Of a stretch of DNA of 19,128 nt, positions 1 to 8,161 are shown piece after piece. Each line of letters begins with the position of its first letter. Position 1 is the stretch's first letter. The DNA comes from Nitrososphaerota archaeon (GTDB taxonomy: Archaea > Thermoproteota > Nitrososphaeria > Nitrososphaerales > UBA57), in assembly GCA_013378385.1 (NCBI GenBank), contig JACAFS010000016.1, positions 1 to 19,128 on the forward strand. The letters are read 5' to 3'. Under the pieces are notes generated by a model. It made no database searches. It was not told where the DNA came from and was given only the letters and a program-made list of their open reading frames with translations. Position numbers and translations under genes: made by a program.

Positions 1-2
1 AG

Positions 3-422
3 AAGATAATTCGTCCAACGGGGTATTATTCATTAAAAGCGAATAGAATAAAGAAGACTTCTAAACGTCTTGTAAATGTATACAATTCAAAAGTTCCTGA
101 TAATATGGAAGATTTATTGACCTTGGAAGGTGTTGGTAGAAAAACAGCAAATATTGTACTTTCAGTAGCATTCAAGAAGACCCAAGGAATAGCAGTAGAT
201 ACACACGTAAAAAGACTAAGTAACAGGTTAGGACTTACGGAAAATTCCAACCCAGAAAAGATTGAAATTGATTTAATGAGGAACTTAAAGAGAGAAAATT
301 GGGATAAATTTTCAATATTATTAATATTACATGGAAGGAAGATTTGTAATGCCCGTAAACCAGATTGTAATAATTGTTTGTTAAATGATTTGTGTCCATA
401 CTTTGAGGCTAAGAAAAAATAG
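3..422 (+). CDS. nth: Endonuclease III (HhH-GPD base-excision DNA glycosylase/AP lyase), 5' end cut by the window edge
   Basis: The frame is open from base 3 (KIIRPTGYYSLKANRIKK...) and runs into the listed ORF 105..422. It has the helix-hairpin-helix block LEGVGRKTANIVL and AVDTHVKRLSNRLG. The C-terminal 4Fe-4S motif C-x6-C-x2-C-x5-C reads CNARKPDCNNCLLNDLC. Confidence 0.88.
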   Translation, partial: KIIRPTGYYSLKANRIKKTSKRLVNVYNSKVPDNMEDLLTLEGVGRKTANIVLSVAFKKTQGIAVDTHVKRLSNRLGLTENSNPEKIEIDLMRNLKRENWDKFSILLILHGRKICNARKPDCNNCLLNDLCPYFEAKKK

Positions 423-1326
423 ATGAATTAACTATATCTGAATAATTAATGGAGGGGCTAATTAGATTTCTTTGTGACATCCAAGAATATATTTCATTAA
501 AAGTATCTTCAGGATATTCTTGCCAAGGTTCCCAAGAAGGTATAGAGATATCAGATATATTTTGATTAATTATTTTTTGTTGTTCTAATGAGAATTTATT
601 TATGATAAACTGAATTTTATTAATATAAAAATCTCTTATGTCATCAGGATGATCATTGATATATTGAATTGATTTGTTTGTGGCTCGAATAAATGATTTA
701 ATGTGATCAGTCTCAAGGTCATTGCGAGAAATCATCAAGGTTCCTTTTCTTCTTGTAGATTCCATCAATTTATTTAAACCAAGAGACACTGCAAATTCAC
801 AATATACACCCAAAAGACTAGATGCAGAAGTTTCCTCATTCAAGGTTGACAATAATCTTTCATGAGGATCGCCAAGTTTTAGGAAATTTGAATCATCTAC
901 AGGAAAATACTTTTCTAAATCTTCAATCGCAGTATAATAAGAACCAGTTGATGCCTCCACTGCAATTTTCTTATTTGCAAGTTGTTTAGGATTAGAAAAA
1001 TTAGGTCCAACATATAGTCCAAAACTTCCATTGATAGCAGATTCACTCCATGGAGAATAACAAACAATTTTAGAATCTTCACTTTCGACCACTCGGGATA
1101 GAGATACATATTCAGCAGCATGATAAAAATCAGACAAATTTTTCTTTTGTAGGTCCATGTACATTTGACTTTTGCTTTGTACTTTGCCAACAGGAGTTAC
1201 ATTGTTTACTTTAATCTTTAGATTTTCGTCTTCATAGAATCCATTTTCTATACCAATTAATTCAGGTAAAGACCAATAAAATGCATAATCATTGATACTT
1301 AGATTAATTAGGGTTGAAGTTTCCAT
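409..1326 (-). CDS. Hypothetical protein with an SsuA/NMT1/THI5-like periplasmic-binding-protein type-2 fold; no signal peptide
   Basis: 305-aa ORF. Its pattern resembles nitrate/sulfonate/bicarbonate-type binding proteins (KKIAVEASTGSYYTAIEDL; C-terminal ...IKSFIRATNKSIQYINDHPDD). There is no N-terminal hydrophobic segment. The family call is by eye only. Its 3' end overlaps nth by 14 nt. Confidence 0.45.
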   Translation of the reverse strand: METSTLINLSINDYAFYWSLPELIGIENGFYEDENLKIKVNNVTPVGKVQSKSQMYMDLQKKNLSDFYHAAEYVSLSRVVESEDSKIVCYSPWSESAINGSFGLYVGPNFSNPKQLANKKIAVEASTGSYYTAIEDLEKYFPVDDSNFLKLGDPHERLLSTLNEETSASSLLGVYCEFAVSLGLNKLMESTRRKGTLMISRNDLETDHIKSFIRATNKSIQYINDHPDDIRDFYINKIQFIINKFSLEQQKIINQNISDISIPSWEPWQEYPEDTFNEIYSWMSQRNLISPSINYSDIVNSSIFS

Positions 1327-1430
1327 TGTATTGTTACTATATTACACAAAACTTTATTAAATTGTTTGGCACATTTCCAATTTGTGAACAACAACAAAAG
1401 AATGTCAACTTTAAGTGTAGATTTACTTCT

Positions 1431-1485
1431 AAGTCTACTACTTAGACTTTAAAATTTCACCAATTACAAGTAAAATTTTGGTGAA
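1431..1485. promoter_or_regulatory. Two short inverted repeats inside the 225-nt divergent intergenic region (candidate operator sites or RNA hairpins)
   Basis: Repeat 1: aagtcta-ctact-tagactt (1431..1449), 7-bp arms. Repeat 2: ttcaccaa-(14 nt)-ttggtgaa (1456..1485), 8-bp arms. Both lie between the divergent starts at 1326 (-) and 1552 (+). Confidence 0.2.
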
Positions 1486-1551
1486 TATGTTGGCGTCTAG
1501 AGTTCATAAAATCTGTAAATTATCACAAAAAGTAACTGGACAGTATATACA

Positions 1552-2031
1552 ATGAAAAATGAATATTTGATATCAACAGTAGTCGAAAATAAACCTGGCG
1601 TTCTATACAGAACTGCAAATGTATTCAGGCAGAGGGGTTACAACATACGAAGTATATCAGTAGGTGAATTGAGAGATAATTCAATGTCAAGGATGACATT
1701 TGTAATTGAGGCTGAGGAAAATGCTATAAATCAATTAGTAAAAGTAATGAACAAACAAATAGATGTAGTAGATGTAAAGATTCTCGACCCAAAGAGATTA
1801 ATCAAAAAAGAATTAGCATTGATTAAGATTTATGTAAAGGATCAGAAAATGATACCAAAAATAAGAGATATAGCAAACATAGGAACAATAATTGATGAAT
1901 CAGTAAATTCAATAATAATCGAGGTTACTGGAACGTCAGAGAAAATTACAGACTTTGTTGAATTAGCATCAGATTATGGAAAAATAGATATATCTAGAAC
2001 GGGATTAACAGCTATTGAGAGAGGAGAATAA
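1552..2031 (+). CDS. ilvN: Acetolactate synthase (AHAS) small regulatory subunit, ACT domain
   Basis: 159 aa. The N-terminal ACT block is ISTVVENKPGVLYRTANVFRQRGYNIRSISVG...MSRMTFVI, followed by the usual second ACT-like half. Its stop lies 1 nt before the leuA ATG. Confidence 0.85.
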   Translation: MKNEYLISTVVENKPGVLYRTANVFRQRGYNIRSISVGELRDNSMSRMTFVIEAEENAINQLVKVMNKQIDVVDVKILDPKRLIKKELALIKIYVKDQKMIPKIRDIANIGTIIDESVNSIIIEVTGTSEKITDFVELASDYGKIDISRTGLTAIERGE

Positions 2032-2032
2032 C

Positions 2033-3565
2033 ATGGTAGACACAAATAAATTAATTAAGATATTTGATACAACGTTACGAGACGGTGAACAAACACCAGG
2101 AGTAAGTCTTACTCCAGAAGATAAATTAAAAATTGCTATACAATTAGATAAACTTGGAGTAGATACAATAGAAGCAGGATTTCCTATAACATCAAGAGGG
2201 GAAGCAGATGCAGTAAAAGCAATTGCAGAAGCAGGATTAAAGAGTGAGATATGCGGATTAGCAAGGGCAGAACCAAAGGATATAGAAACTGCATTAAAAT
2301 GTAATGTGGACTTAGTGCATGTTTTCATAGCAACATCAGACATACATATGGAACACAAGCTAAAGATGGGAAGAGATGAAGTAATAAAAAAGGCTGCAGA
2401 AATGGTAAAATTAGTAAAAGAAAGAGGAGTGCCAGTAGAATTCTCTGCAGAGGATGCGTGTAGATCAGATCCTGATTTCTTAATCAAGGTATTTCAAGAA
2501 GTAAGTAAAGCAGGCGCGGATAGAATAGACGTAGCAGACACAGTGGGAATAATGAATCCAACCACAATGTTTGATTTAGTAACAAAAGTAAAACAAGCAG
2601 TAAAAGAACCAATAAGTATGCATTGCCATAATGATTTTGGTTTAGCTACTGCAAATTCACTTGCAGGAATGTTAGCAGGTGCAGAAAGAATACATGTTGC
2701 AATTAATGGTTTAGGGGAAAGAGCTGGAAATGCAGCATTAGAAGAAGTAGTAATGTCAGTGCAAAATCTATATCAGAAAGAAACAAACATTAATACAAGA
2801 TTGATTTATGAAACGTCAAACCTAGTTTCTAGACTTACAGGAATCAATCCACAACCAAATAAAGCAATAATAGGAGATAATGCATTTGGTCATGAATCGG
2901 GAATTCACGTACATGGAATTATCAATATGCCAATCACATACGAGCCATTGGAACCAGAGACAGTAGGAAGAAAAAGATGGATACAAGCAGGTAAACATGC
3001 AGGAACGCATGGTGTAAAGGCACAATTAGAAGAATTAGGTTATGAAGCAAGTAATCAACAAGTTAAGGAAATATTAGGAAGAGTAAAGGATCTAGGTGAT
3101 AAAGGAAAGAGATTGACAGATATGGATCTAGACTCTATTGCGCGATCGATTCTAGGACAAGAAAGTGAAGAGAGAGTATTAGAATTAATAGATATATCGG
3201 TAATGACAGGAATTAAATCAACGCCAACTGCATCTGTAAAGATTTCAATGAATGGTGAGACACATGTTGCAGCGGAAACAGGAGTAGGTCCAGTAGATTC
3301 TGCAATTAAAGCAATTCAGAAAATTAGTGATAAAATCGCGCATATTAGATTAAAAGACTTCAGGATAGAGGCAATATCAGGCGGAACTGACGCATTAGGC
3401 GAAGTTATCATCAAAGTAGAAGATAATGAAGGAAATATTGCAACTGCAAGATCGTCAGACGGAGATATTGTAATTGCAAGTACAGAAGCAATGATTGATG
3501 GAATAAATAAGATTCTTACTAAAAAGAAGATTTCTTCACCAAAAGAACAGTTAGCAAATCCATAG
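2033..3565 (+). CDS. leuA: 2-isopropylmalate synthase (LeuA/CimA family, with C-terminal regulatory domain)
   Basis: It carries the signature IFDTTLRDGEQTPGV, the HxH metal site (MHCHNDFGLATANSLA) and GHESGIH, plus a long C-terminal LeuA-dimer-type domain. I prefer the ATG at 2033 over the TTG at 2015 that the ORF track uses. Citramalate synthase cannot be excluded from sequence alone. Confidence 0.8.
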   Translation: MVDTNKLIKIFDTTLRDGEQTPGVSLTPEDKLKIAIQLDKLGVDTIEAGFPITSRGEADAVKAIAEAGLKSEICGLARAEPKDIETALKCNVDLVHVFIATSDIHMEHKLKMGRDEVIKKAAEMVKLVKERGVPVEFSAEDACRSDPDFLIKVFQEVSKAGADRIDVADTVGIMNPTTMFDLVTKVKQAVKEPISMHCHNDFGLATANSLAGMLAGAERIHVAINGLGERAGNAALEEVVMSVQNLYQKETNINTRLIYETSNLVSRLTGINPQPNKAIIGDNAFGHESGIHVHGIINMPITYEPLEPETVGRKRWIQAGKHAGTHGVKAQLEELGYEASNQQVKEILGRVKDLGDKGKRLTDMDLDSIARSILGQESEERVLELIDISVMTGIKSTPTASVKISMNGETHVAAETGVGPVDSAIKAIQKISDKIAHIRLKDFRIEAISGGTDALGEVIIKVEDNEGNIATARSSDGDIVIASTEAMIDGINKILTKKKISSPKEQLANP

Positions 3566-3584
3566 TTGAAGGAGTTAATACATA

Positions 3585-3659
3585 ATGGTAATGACAATAA
3601 CTGAGAAAATCATAGCAGTACATGCAGGTTTAGAAAATAATGACCGAAACATTATTTGA
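3585..3659 (+). CDS. Upstream mini-ORF (24 codons) overlapping the leuC start in another frame
   Basis: ATG at 3585, preceded by GGAG at 3571..3574. The peptide is [24 protein letters not shown], with stop TGA at 3657..3659. It overlaps the leuC ATG (3640) by 20 nt. It is too short for the ORF track. Confidence 0.25.
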   Translation: MVMTITEKIIAVHAGLENNDRNII

Positions 3660-5049
3660 GAAAATATGGAATTCCCATGTTGTAGTTGAAAGAGAGAACG
3701 AACCTTCTTTAATTTACATTGATCGTCATCTTGTTCATGAGGTAACCTCGCCTCAAGCATTTGATGGACTAAGAGTTAACAATAGACAAGTTAGACGTCC
3801 TGATCTTACAATAGCTACAATTGATCATAATGTTCCAACCACCGATAGAAGCTTGCCAATGGTTGATGAGACTTCCGCCACACAAATTAATACATTAGAA
3901 AAGAATTGTAAGGATTTTGGAATAAAGCTATTTGGAATTAATGATCCTAATCAGGGAATTGTTCATGTCATAGGACCTCAATTAGGAATTACATTACCTG
4001 GAAGTACGATTGTATGCGGCGATAGTCATACTTCTACTCAAGGTGCTTTTGGCGCTTTTGCTTTTGGTATTGGAACAAGTGAAGTTGAACATACACTTGC
4101 AACTCAAACATTATGGCTTGAAAAACCAAAAACCTTTGAAATTCTCGCTACTGGTAAACGAAGAAATTCATTTGCTGTAACATCCAAGGACATAATTTTG
4201 AGCATAATTAAAAAAATTGGAACTGATGGCGGAGCAGGTCATGTATTGGAATATCGTGGCGATGCAATTAGTGATTTATCAATGGAACAAAGAATGACTA
4301 TCTGTAATATGTCAATCGAAGCAGGTTCTAGAGCTGGTTTGATTGCTCCTGATGAAAAAGCATTTGATTACATCAATAATAGAGAATACACTCCAAAAAA
4401 TTATGATGAGTTAGTTGATACTTGGAAAGATAATCTAATGTCAGATACAAATGCAAAATTTGATAAGAGTTTTACAATTGATGTAGAAAGAATTGAACCT
4501 CAGGTCAGTTGGGGAACAAATCCTGCAATGGTATCTGATGTAACAGGAACCGTTCCTACTCCTGAAGAATACGGTCAGAGTAATGAAATACAAATTAAAA
4601 GTGCAAAAAAAGCATTAGAATACATGGATTTAGAGTCTGGAACTCCTATTGTAGAAATTCCTATTGACAGGGTGTTCATTGGCTCTTGTACAAATGCTAG
4701 ATTAGAAGATTTGAAAGATGCGGCAGAAATTGTGAGAGGTAAGACAGTTAATCCTGATGTAAACGCAATGGTTGTTCCAGGTTCACAGATGGTAAAACAT
4801 GAAGCTGAAAAACTGGGATTAGATAAAATCTTCAAGGATGCAAATTTTGAATGGAGAGAATCTGGTTGTAGCATGTGTCTTGGAATGAATCCTGATATTT
4901 TAAAACCCGGAGAACGTTGTGCCAGTACATCTAATAGAAACTTTGAGGGACGGCAAGGTTCTGGCGGGAGAACGCATCTTGTTAGTCCTGTGATGGCAGC
5001 TGCGTCTGCAATTGCGGGTCATTTTGTCGATGTGAGGGAATGGAATTAG
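3640..5049 (+). CDS. leuC: 3-isopropylmalate dehydratase large subunit, long bacterial-type form
   Basis: 469 aa. The N-terminus [12 protein letters not shown]...[22 protein letters not shown] closely mirrors the E. coli-type LeuC. Aconitase-family Fe-S cysteines are present ([22 protein letters not shown]). Confidence 0.92.
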   Translation: MTETLFEKIWNSHVVVERENEPSLIYIDRHLVHEVTSPQAFDGLRVNNRQVRRPDLTIATIDHNVPTTDRSLPMVDETSATQINTLEKNCKDFGIKLFGINDPNQGIVHVIGPQLGITLPGSTIVCGDSHTSTQGAFGAFAFGIGTSEVEHTLATQTLWLEKPKTFEILATGKRRNSFAVTSKDIILSIIKKIGTDGGAGHVLEYRGDAISDLSMEQRMTICNMSIEAGSRAGLIAPDEKAFDYINNREYTPKNYDELVDTWKDNLMSDTNAKFDKSFTIDVERIEPQVSWGTNPAMVSDVTGTVPTPEEYGQSNEIQIKSAKKALEYMDLESGTPIVEIPIDRVFIGSCTNARLEDLKDAAEIVRGKTVNPDVNAMVVPGSQMVKHEAEKLGLDKIFKDANFEWRESGCSMCLGMNPDILKPGERCASTSNRNFEGRQGSGGRTHLVSPVMAAASAIAGHFVDVREWN

Positions 5050-5636
5050 AATTGGAGCCTTTTTCTAAAGTTAATAGCATAATCACGCCCTTTGATAAAG
5101 CAAATGTAGATACTGATCAAATAATTCCAAAGCAATTCCTTAAACTAATTACAAAATCAGGATTTGGAAAATTTCTCTTTTATGACTGGAGATTTGATCG
5201 TGATGGGAAGCCAAAAGATGATTTTGTTTTGAATGACTCACACTATGAAGATTCTCAAGTTTTGGTTACGAATGAAAATTTCGGATGTGGTTCATCAAGA
5301 GAACATGCTGTTTGGGCATTGAAGGACTTTGGATTTAATGTTATAATTTCCCCGTCATTTGCTGATATTTTCTATAGTAATTGCTTCAAAAATGGCGTTT
5401 TACCAATAATTCTTGATATTGAAAAGATTCATAAATTATTGCAGTTTGAAGATGAGATAGAACTTGATCTGAATTCTCAAAAAATTACTCTGGGCGATGA
5501 ATATATAAATTTTGAGATTGATTCGCATAGAAAAGTTAGATTGTTGGAAGGTCTAGATGAGATTGATCTTACACTTAAAGAAGATGAAAAAATTGGAAAA
5601 TTTGAAAATGACTCTTCCATAGTATCAATCTTTTAG
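5040..5636 (+). CDS. leuD: 3-isopropylmalate dehydratase small subunit, long bacterial-type form
   Basis: 198 aa, with [24 protein letters not shown] and [15 protein letters not shown]. Its ATG overlaps the leuC 3' end by 10 nt. Confidence 0.92.
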   Translation: MELELEPFSKVNSIITPFDKANVDTDQIIPKQFLKLITKSGFGKFLFYDWRFDRDGKPKDDFVLNDSHYEDSQVLVTNENFGCGSSREHAVWALKDFGFNVIISPSFADIFYSNCFKNGVLPIILDIEKIHKLLQFEDEIELDLNSQKITLGDEYINFEIDSHRKVRLLEGLDEIDLTLKEDEKIGKFENDSSIVSIF

Positions 5637-5644
5637 ATTGAAAA

Positions 5645-5761
5645 TTAGATTCTTTTAGCACGTTTGAAACTATTGCCGCAACTTGAACAAATATTAGTAT
5701 CAGTTTTTATATTTAGTTCAAAATTTGCAGACCAGCAATTAGGACAAACAGAAACTGACAA
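5645..5761 (-). CDS. Candidate 38-codon zinc-ribbon mini-protein (C-x2-C-x15-C-x2-C)
   Basis: I translated this by hand: (TTG)SVSVCPNCWSANFELNIKTDTNICSSCGNSFKRAKRI, stop TAA at 5645..5647. The frame opens 4 nt after the stop of the upstream dehydratase gene. There is no ATG, so TTG at 5761..5759 is the only plausible start. Confidence 0.35.
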   Translation of the reverse strand: MSVSVCPNCWSANFELNIKTDTNICSSCGNSFKRAKRI

Positions 5762-5765
5762 AATA

Positions 5766-6920
5766 TCAACTCATTAGACTAAGATGATATTGAACCATTT
5801 CTATAAGAGTGCGATTTAGAGGAATATGATTTTCCCAGCCAAGTTTTTCTTTAGCTTTTGACGCATCTCCAATGAGTACAGGTAAATCTGTAGGTCGCAA
5901 TCTAGTTTCGTCTAATTGATATTTCATATCTTCAACTTTGTATTGTTCACGTGCAACATTCAAAGATATTTCTAATAATTCTGCAATGGATATTCCTTTA
6001 CCGCTAGCCAGATTATACACCTCGCCTTTAGTGCCTTTTTCAATCACAGCCAAATATCCCATAACAGTATCACGTACATCAGTAAAATCACGAATAGAAT
6101 CAAGATTTCCAAGAGTGACAGATTTACGTTTATCTTTTATTCCTTGAGCGATTTGTCTTGTTATTTCACTAGTAACGAATTCATTTCCACGTCGAGGACC
6201 GGTGTGATTAAATGCACGAGTTATATGAACGTCAAGCCCATAACATGATACGTATGTTCTACAAGCATCTTCGGCTTGTCTTTTAGATGAACCATATGGA
6301 GAAGTACCAACAGTACGTAAAGGGTTAGTTTCTTTTATAGGAGCCTCATTAATTACATCGTTATTAGAATCAAAATTTGGAGCAGGCAATATAGTATCGT
6401 ATTTTGACAACATAGTTTTGTAGTGTTCGTTATTTTGTATAACGAGCCCATATTCTTCACTAGAACCTGCATAATGTAATGCGACATCACTAGGGGTAAG
6501 ACGTAAAGCTTCAAGCATGTTAAGAGTTCCAGTAACATTTGTAGAATATGTATCGATAGGAGATGCAAAACTATGAGGTACAAATGATTGTGCAGCTAAA
6601 TGATAGATAACATCTGCTTGAGATTCTTTAATTGCATTGACAATTGAGCCAAGATCCTGCAAATCTCCTTTAATTAATTTAATATTTTTTCTATCTAATA
6701 GATGCTGAATATTTCTAAGATTAGGATTTGATTGTCGTCGTAGTAATCCGCAAATATTGGCATTAATTTGAGGTGATGAAAGAATTTCTGTAAGCCAAGA
6801 ACCAACAAAACCAGTTATTCCAGTGATTAGAACATTCTTACCTTTCCAATAATTAGCATTAACTCGATTAATTGCAGTGGCAGTTGTTTCATTTTGTAAA
6901 GTAAGTTGTTCAGACATCAA
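5766..6920 (-). CDS. NDP-sugar 4,6-dehydratase, extended SDR family (GDP-mannose 4,6-dehydratase/Rmd-like)
   Basis: It has the Rossmann motif VLITGITGFVGSW and the catalytic YGSSKRQAE (YxxxK). The block FNHTGPRRGNEFVTSEITRQIA...LGNLDSIRDF parallels Gmd (FNHESPRRGETFVTRKITR...LGNMDSLRD). Confidence 0.75.
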   Translation of the reverse strand: MMSEQLTLQNETTATAINRVNANYWKGKNVLITGITGFVGSWLTEILSSPQINANICGLLRRQSNPNLRNIQHLLDRKNIKLIKGDLQDLGSIVNAIKESQADVIYHLAAQSFVPHSFASPIDTYSTNVTGTLNMLEALRLTPSDVALHYAGSSEEYGLVIQNNEHYKTMLSKYDTILPAPNFDSNNDVINEAPIKETNPLRTVGTSPYGSSKRQAEDACRTYVSCYGLDVHITRAFNHTGPRRGNEFVTSEITRQIAQGIKDKRKSVTLGNLDSIRDFTDVRDTVMGYLAVIEKGTKGEVYNLASGKGISIAELLEISLNVAREQYKVEDMKYQLDETRLRPTDLPVLIGDASKAKEKLGWENHIPLNRTLIEMVQYHLSLMS

Positions 6921-6999
6921 CTATGATTACTAGAACAATAATAAAAATATTTCAGATGATTTTTGTTTGGTCAATATATTAAAAAATATGAGAAAATGA

Positions 7000-7038
7000 T
7001 AATATCGCTATAAAACAGGGAGATTTATAGCGATATTA
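7000..7038 (-). terminator. Perfect 14-15 bp hairpin followed by T-tracts, just downstream of the SBP gene
   Basis: aatatcgctataaa (7001..7014) and tttatagcgatatt (7024..7037) are exact reverse complements, separated by a 9-nt loop. On the minus strand the hairpin is followed by ATCATTTTCTCATATTTTTT. It sits 12 nt after the stop at 7050 and upstream of the promoter space for the 6920 gene. Confidence 0.55.
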
Positions 7039-7049
7039 GATATTGAGAA

Positions 7050-8096
7050 TTAGACTCCTGCTATTTCTTTGAATATAGTAGTCCACTCAGCGTGATTGGC
7101 TCGTGCTGCATCACTTGGGTATCTAAGAAGATCCATACCTGCAGGAGCGGCAGCTCCAATAGTATGCTTTGTTTTACCTTCAACTGATGGTAAAGCTGCG
7201 AATCTTACATCGACATTACCAATCAATATTTGTGCTTCTTCACTAACCAAGAAATTAATCCATACTTTTGCTGCGTCTGGATTCTCAGATGCTTCAAGGA
7301 GTACGGCTGCAGTTGGACCCCACATCAATGGGAAATCTTCTAATTGAAGTATTCCGACAGGTGCTCCGTCCATTTGTGCCTTTACTACATCATGGAATTG
7401 ACCTACAATACCAATGTGATATTCACCACGTGAGACTTCGTCTGTTTGTGCGCCGGTACTGCGTTGTCTTACAGGTTGTACATTAGCTTCCAGTCGAGTT
7501 AGGAAATCAATTGTTGCTTCTTTACCAAGGGATTCTTCTGCAATAGTAGCCCAGATTCTTGTAGAGGTTGTACCTCTTGAGTAATCATGCATTGTAATTT
7601 TACCGTTCCATTTTGGATCAGTAAGGTCGTTCAATGTTTTAGGTAATTCATCTTCTGAGATAAGATTTGTATTATAAGTAATTACTTGACCAAGTAAAAG
7701 AACGCCTTGCCAATATCCATCGGGATCTTTTAGTTCGTCAGGCCAATTAGCTGCATTTGGTGCTTGGTATGGTTGTGCAAATCCATCATCTACCAAAGAT
7801 AATGAACCAGGAAAACTGAGCATTACTACATCAGCTGTTTTTGCTCCTGCGTCAATCTCAGTAGAGATTCGAGTATAGACCTCGGAAGGAGAACCTCGAA
7901 CATAATCGATTTTTATATCTGGGTAGGCTTCATGAAATGCGTCAATAGTTGTTTGCATATCTTCTGCATCGACACTTCCATAAACCAATACGGTGCCCGA
8001 ACCTGATGGTCCGCTATTGAAAAAAGTTAAACCTGCTACTGCAAGAATTGCTATTGCAACTACTGCAACTAACAGATTACGATTCTGTGCTAACAT
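7050..8096 (-). CDS. Extracellular solute-binding protein, Fe3+-type (SBP family 1 / AfuA-FbpA-like), N-terminal membrane anchor or signal
   Basis: 348 aa. The N-terminus MLAQNRNLLVAVVAIAILAVAGLTFF is followed by a GPSGSG linker. The mature domain starts TVLVYGSVDAEDMQTTIDAFHEAYPDIKIDYVRG. The ligand is unknown. The gene is visibly more GC-rich than its neighbours. Confidence 0.7.
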   Translation of the reverse strand: MLAQNRNLLVAVVAIAILAVAGLTFFNSGPSGSGTVLVYGSVDAEDMQTTIDAFHEAYPDIKIDYVRGSPSEVYTRISTEIDAGAKTADVVMLSFPGSLSLVDDGFAQPYQAPNAANWPDELKDPDGYWQGVLLLGQVITYNTNLISEDELPKTLNDLTDPKWNGKITMHDYSRGTTSTRIWATIAEESLGKEATIDFLTRLEANVQPVRQRSTGAQTDEVSRGEYHIGIVGQFHDVVKAQMDGAPVGILQLEDFPLMWGPTAAVLLEASENPDAAKVWINFLVSEEAQILIGNVDVRFAALPSVEGKTKHTIGAAAPAGMDLLRYPSDAARANHAEWTTIFKEIAGV

Positions 8097-8161
8097 ACCT
8101 GAGATTAATGTAAATATTTATATCTGTACCCTGTTAGAATTATTATAACAACAGTGAATAG

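Noticed and set aside
1327-1551. A TPP riboswitch upstream of the NMT1/THI5-like gene
   Set aside because: Reading the minus strand of the region, I found no CUGAGA or the conserved pyrimidine-sensing and pyrophosphate-sensing helices.
3585-3659. The mini-ORF as a classical leucine attenuation leader peptide
   Set aside because: It has only one Leu codon and no run of regulatory codons, and I could not see an alternative terminator/antiterminator pairing. Attenuation of this type is not established in archaea.
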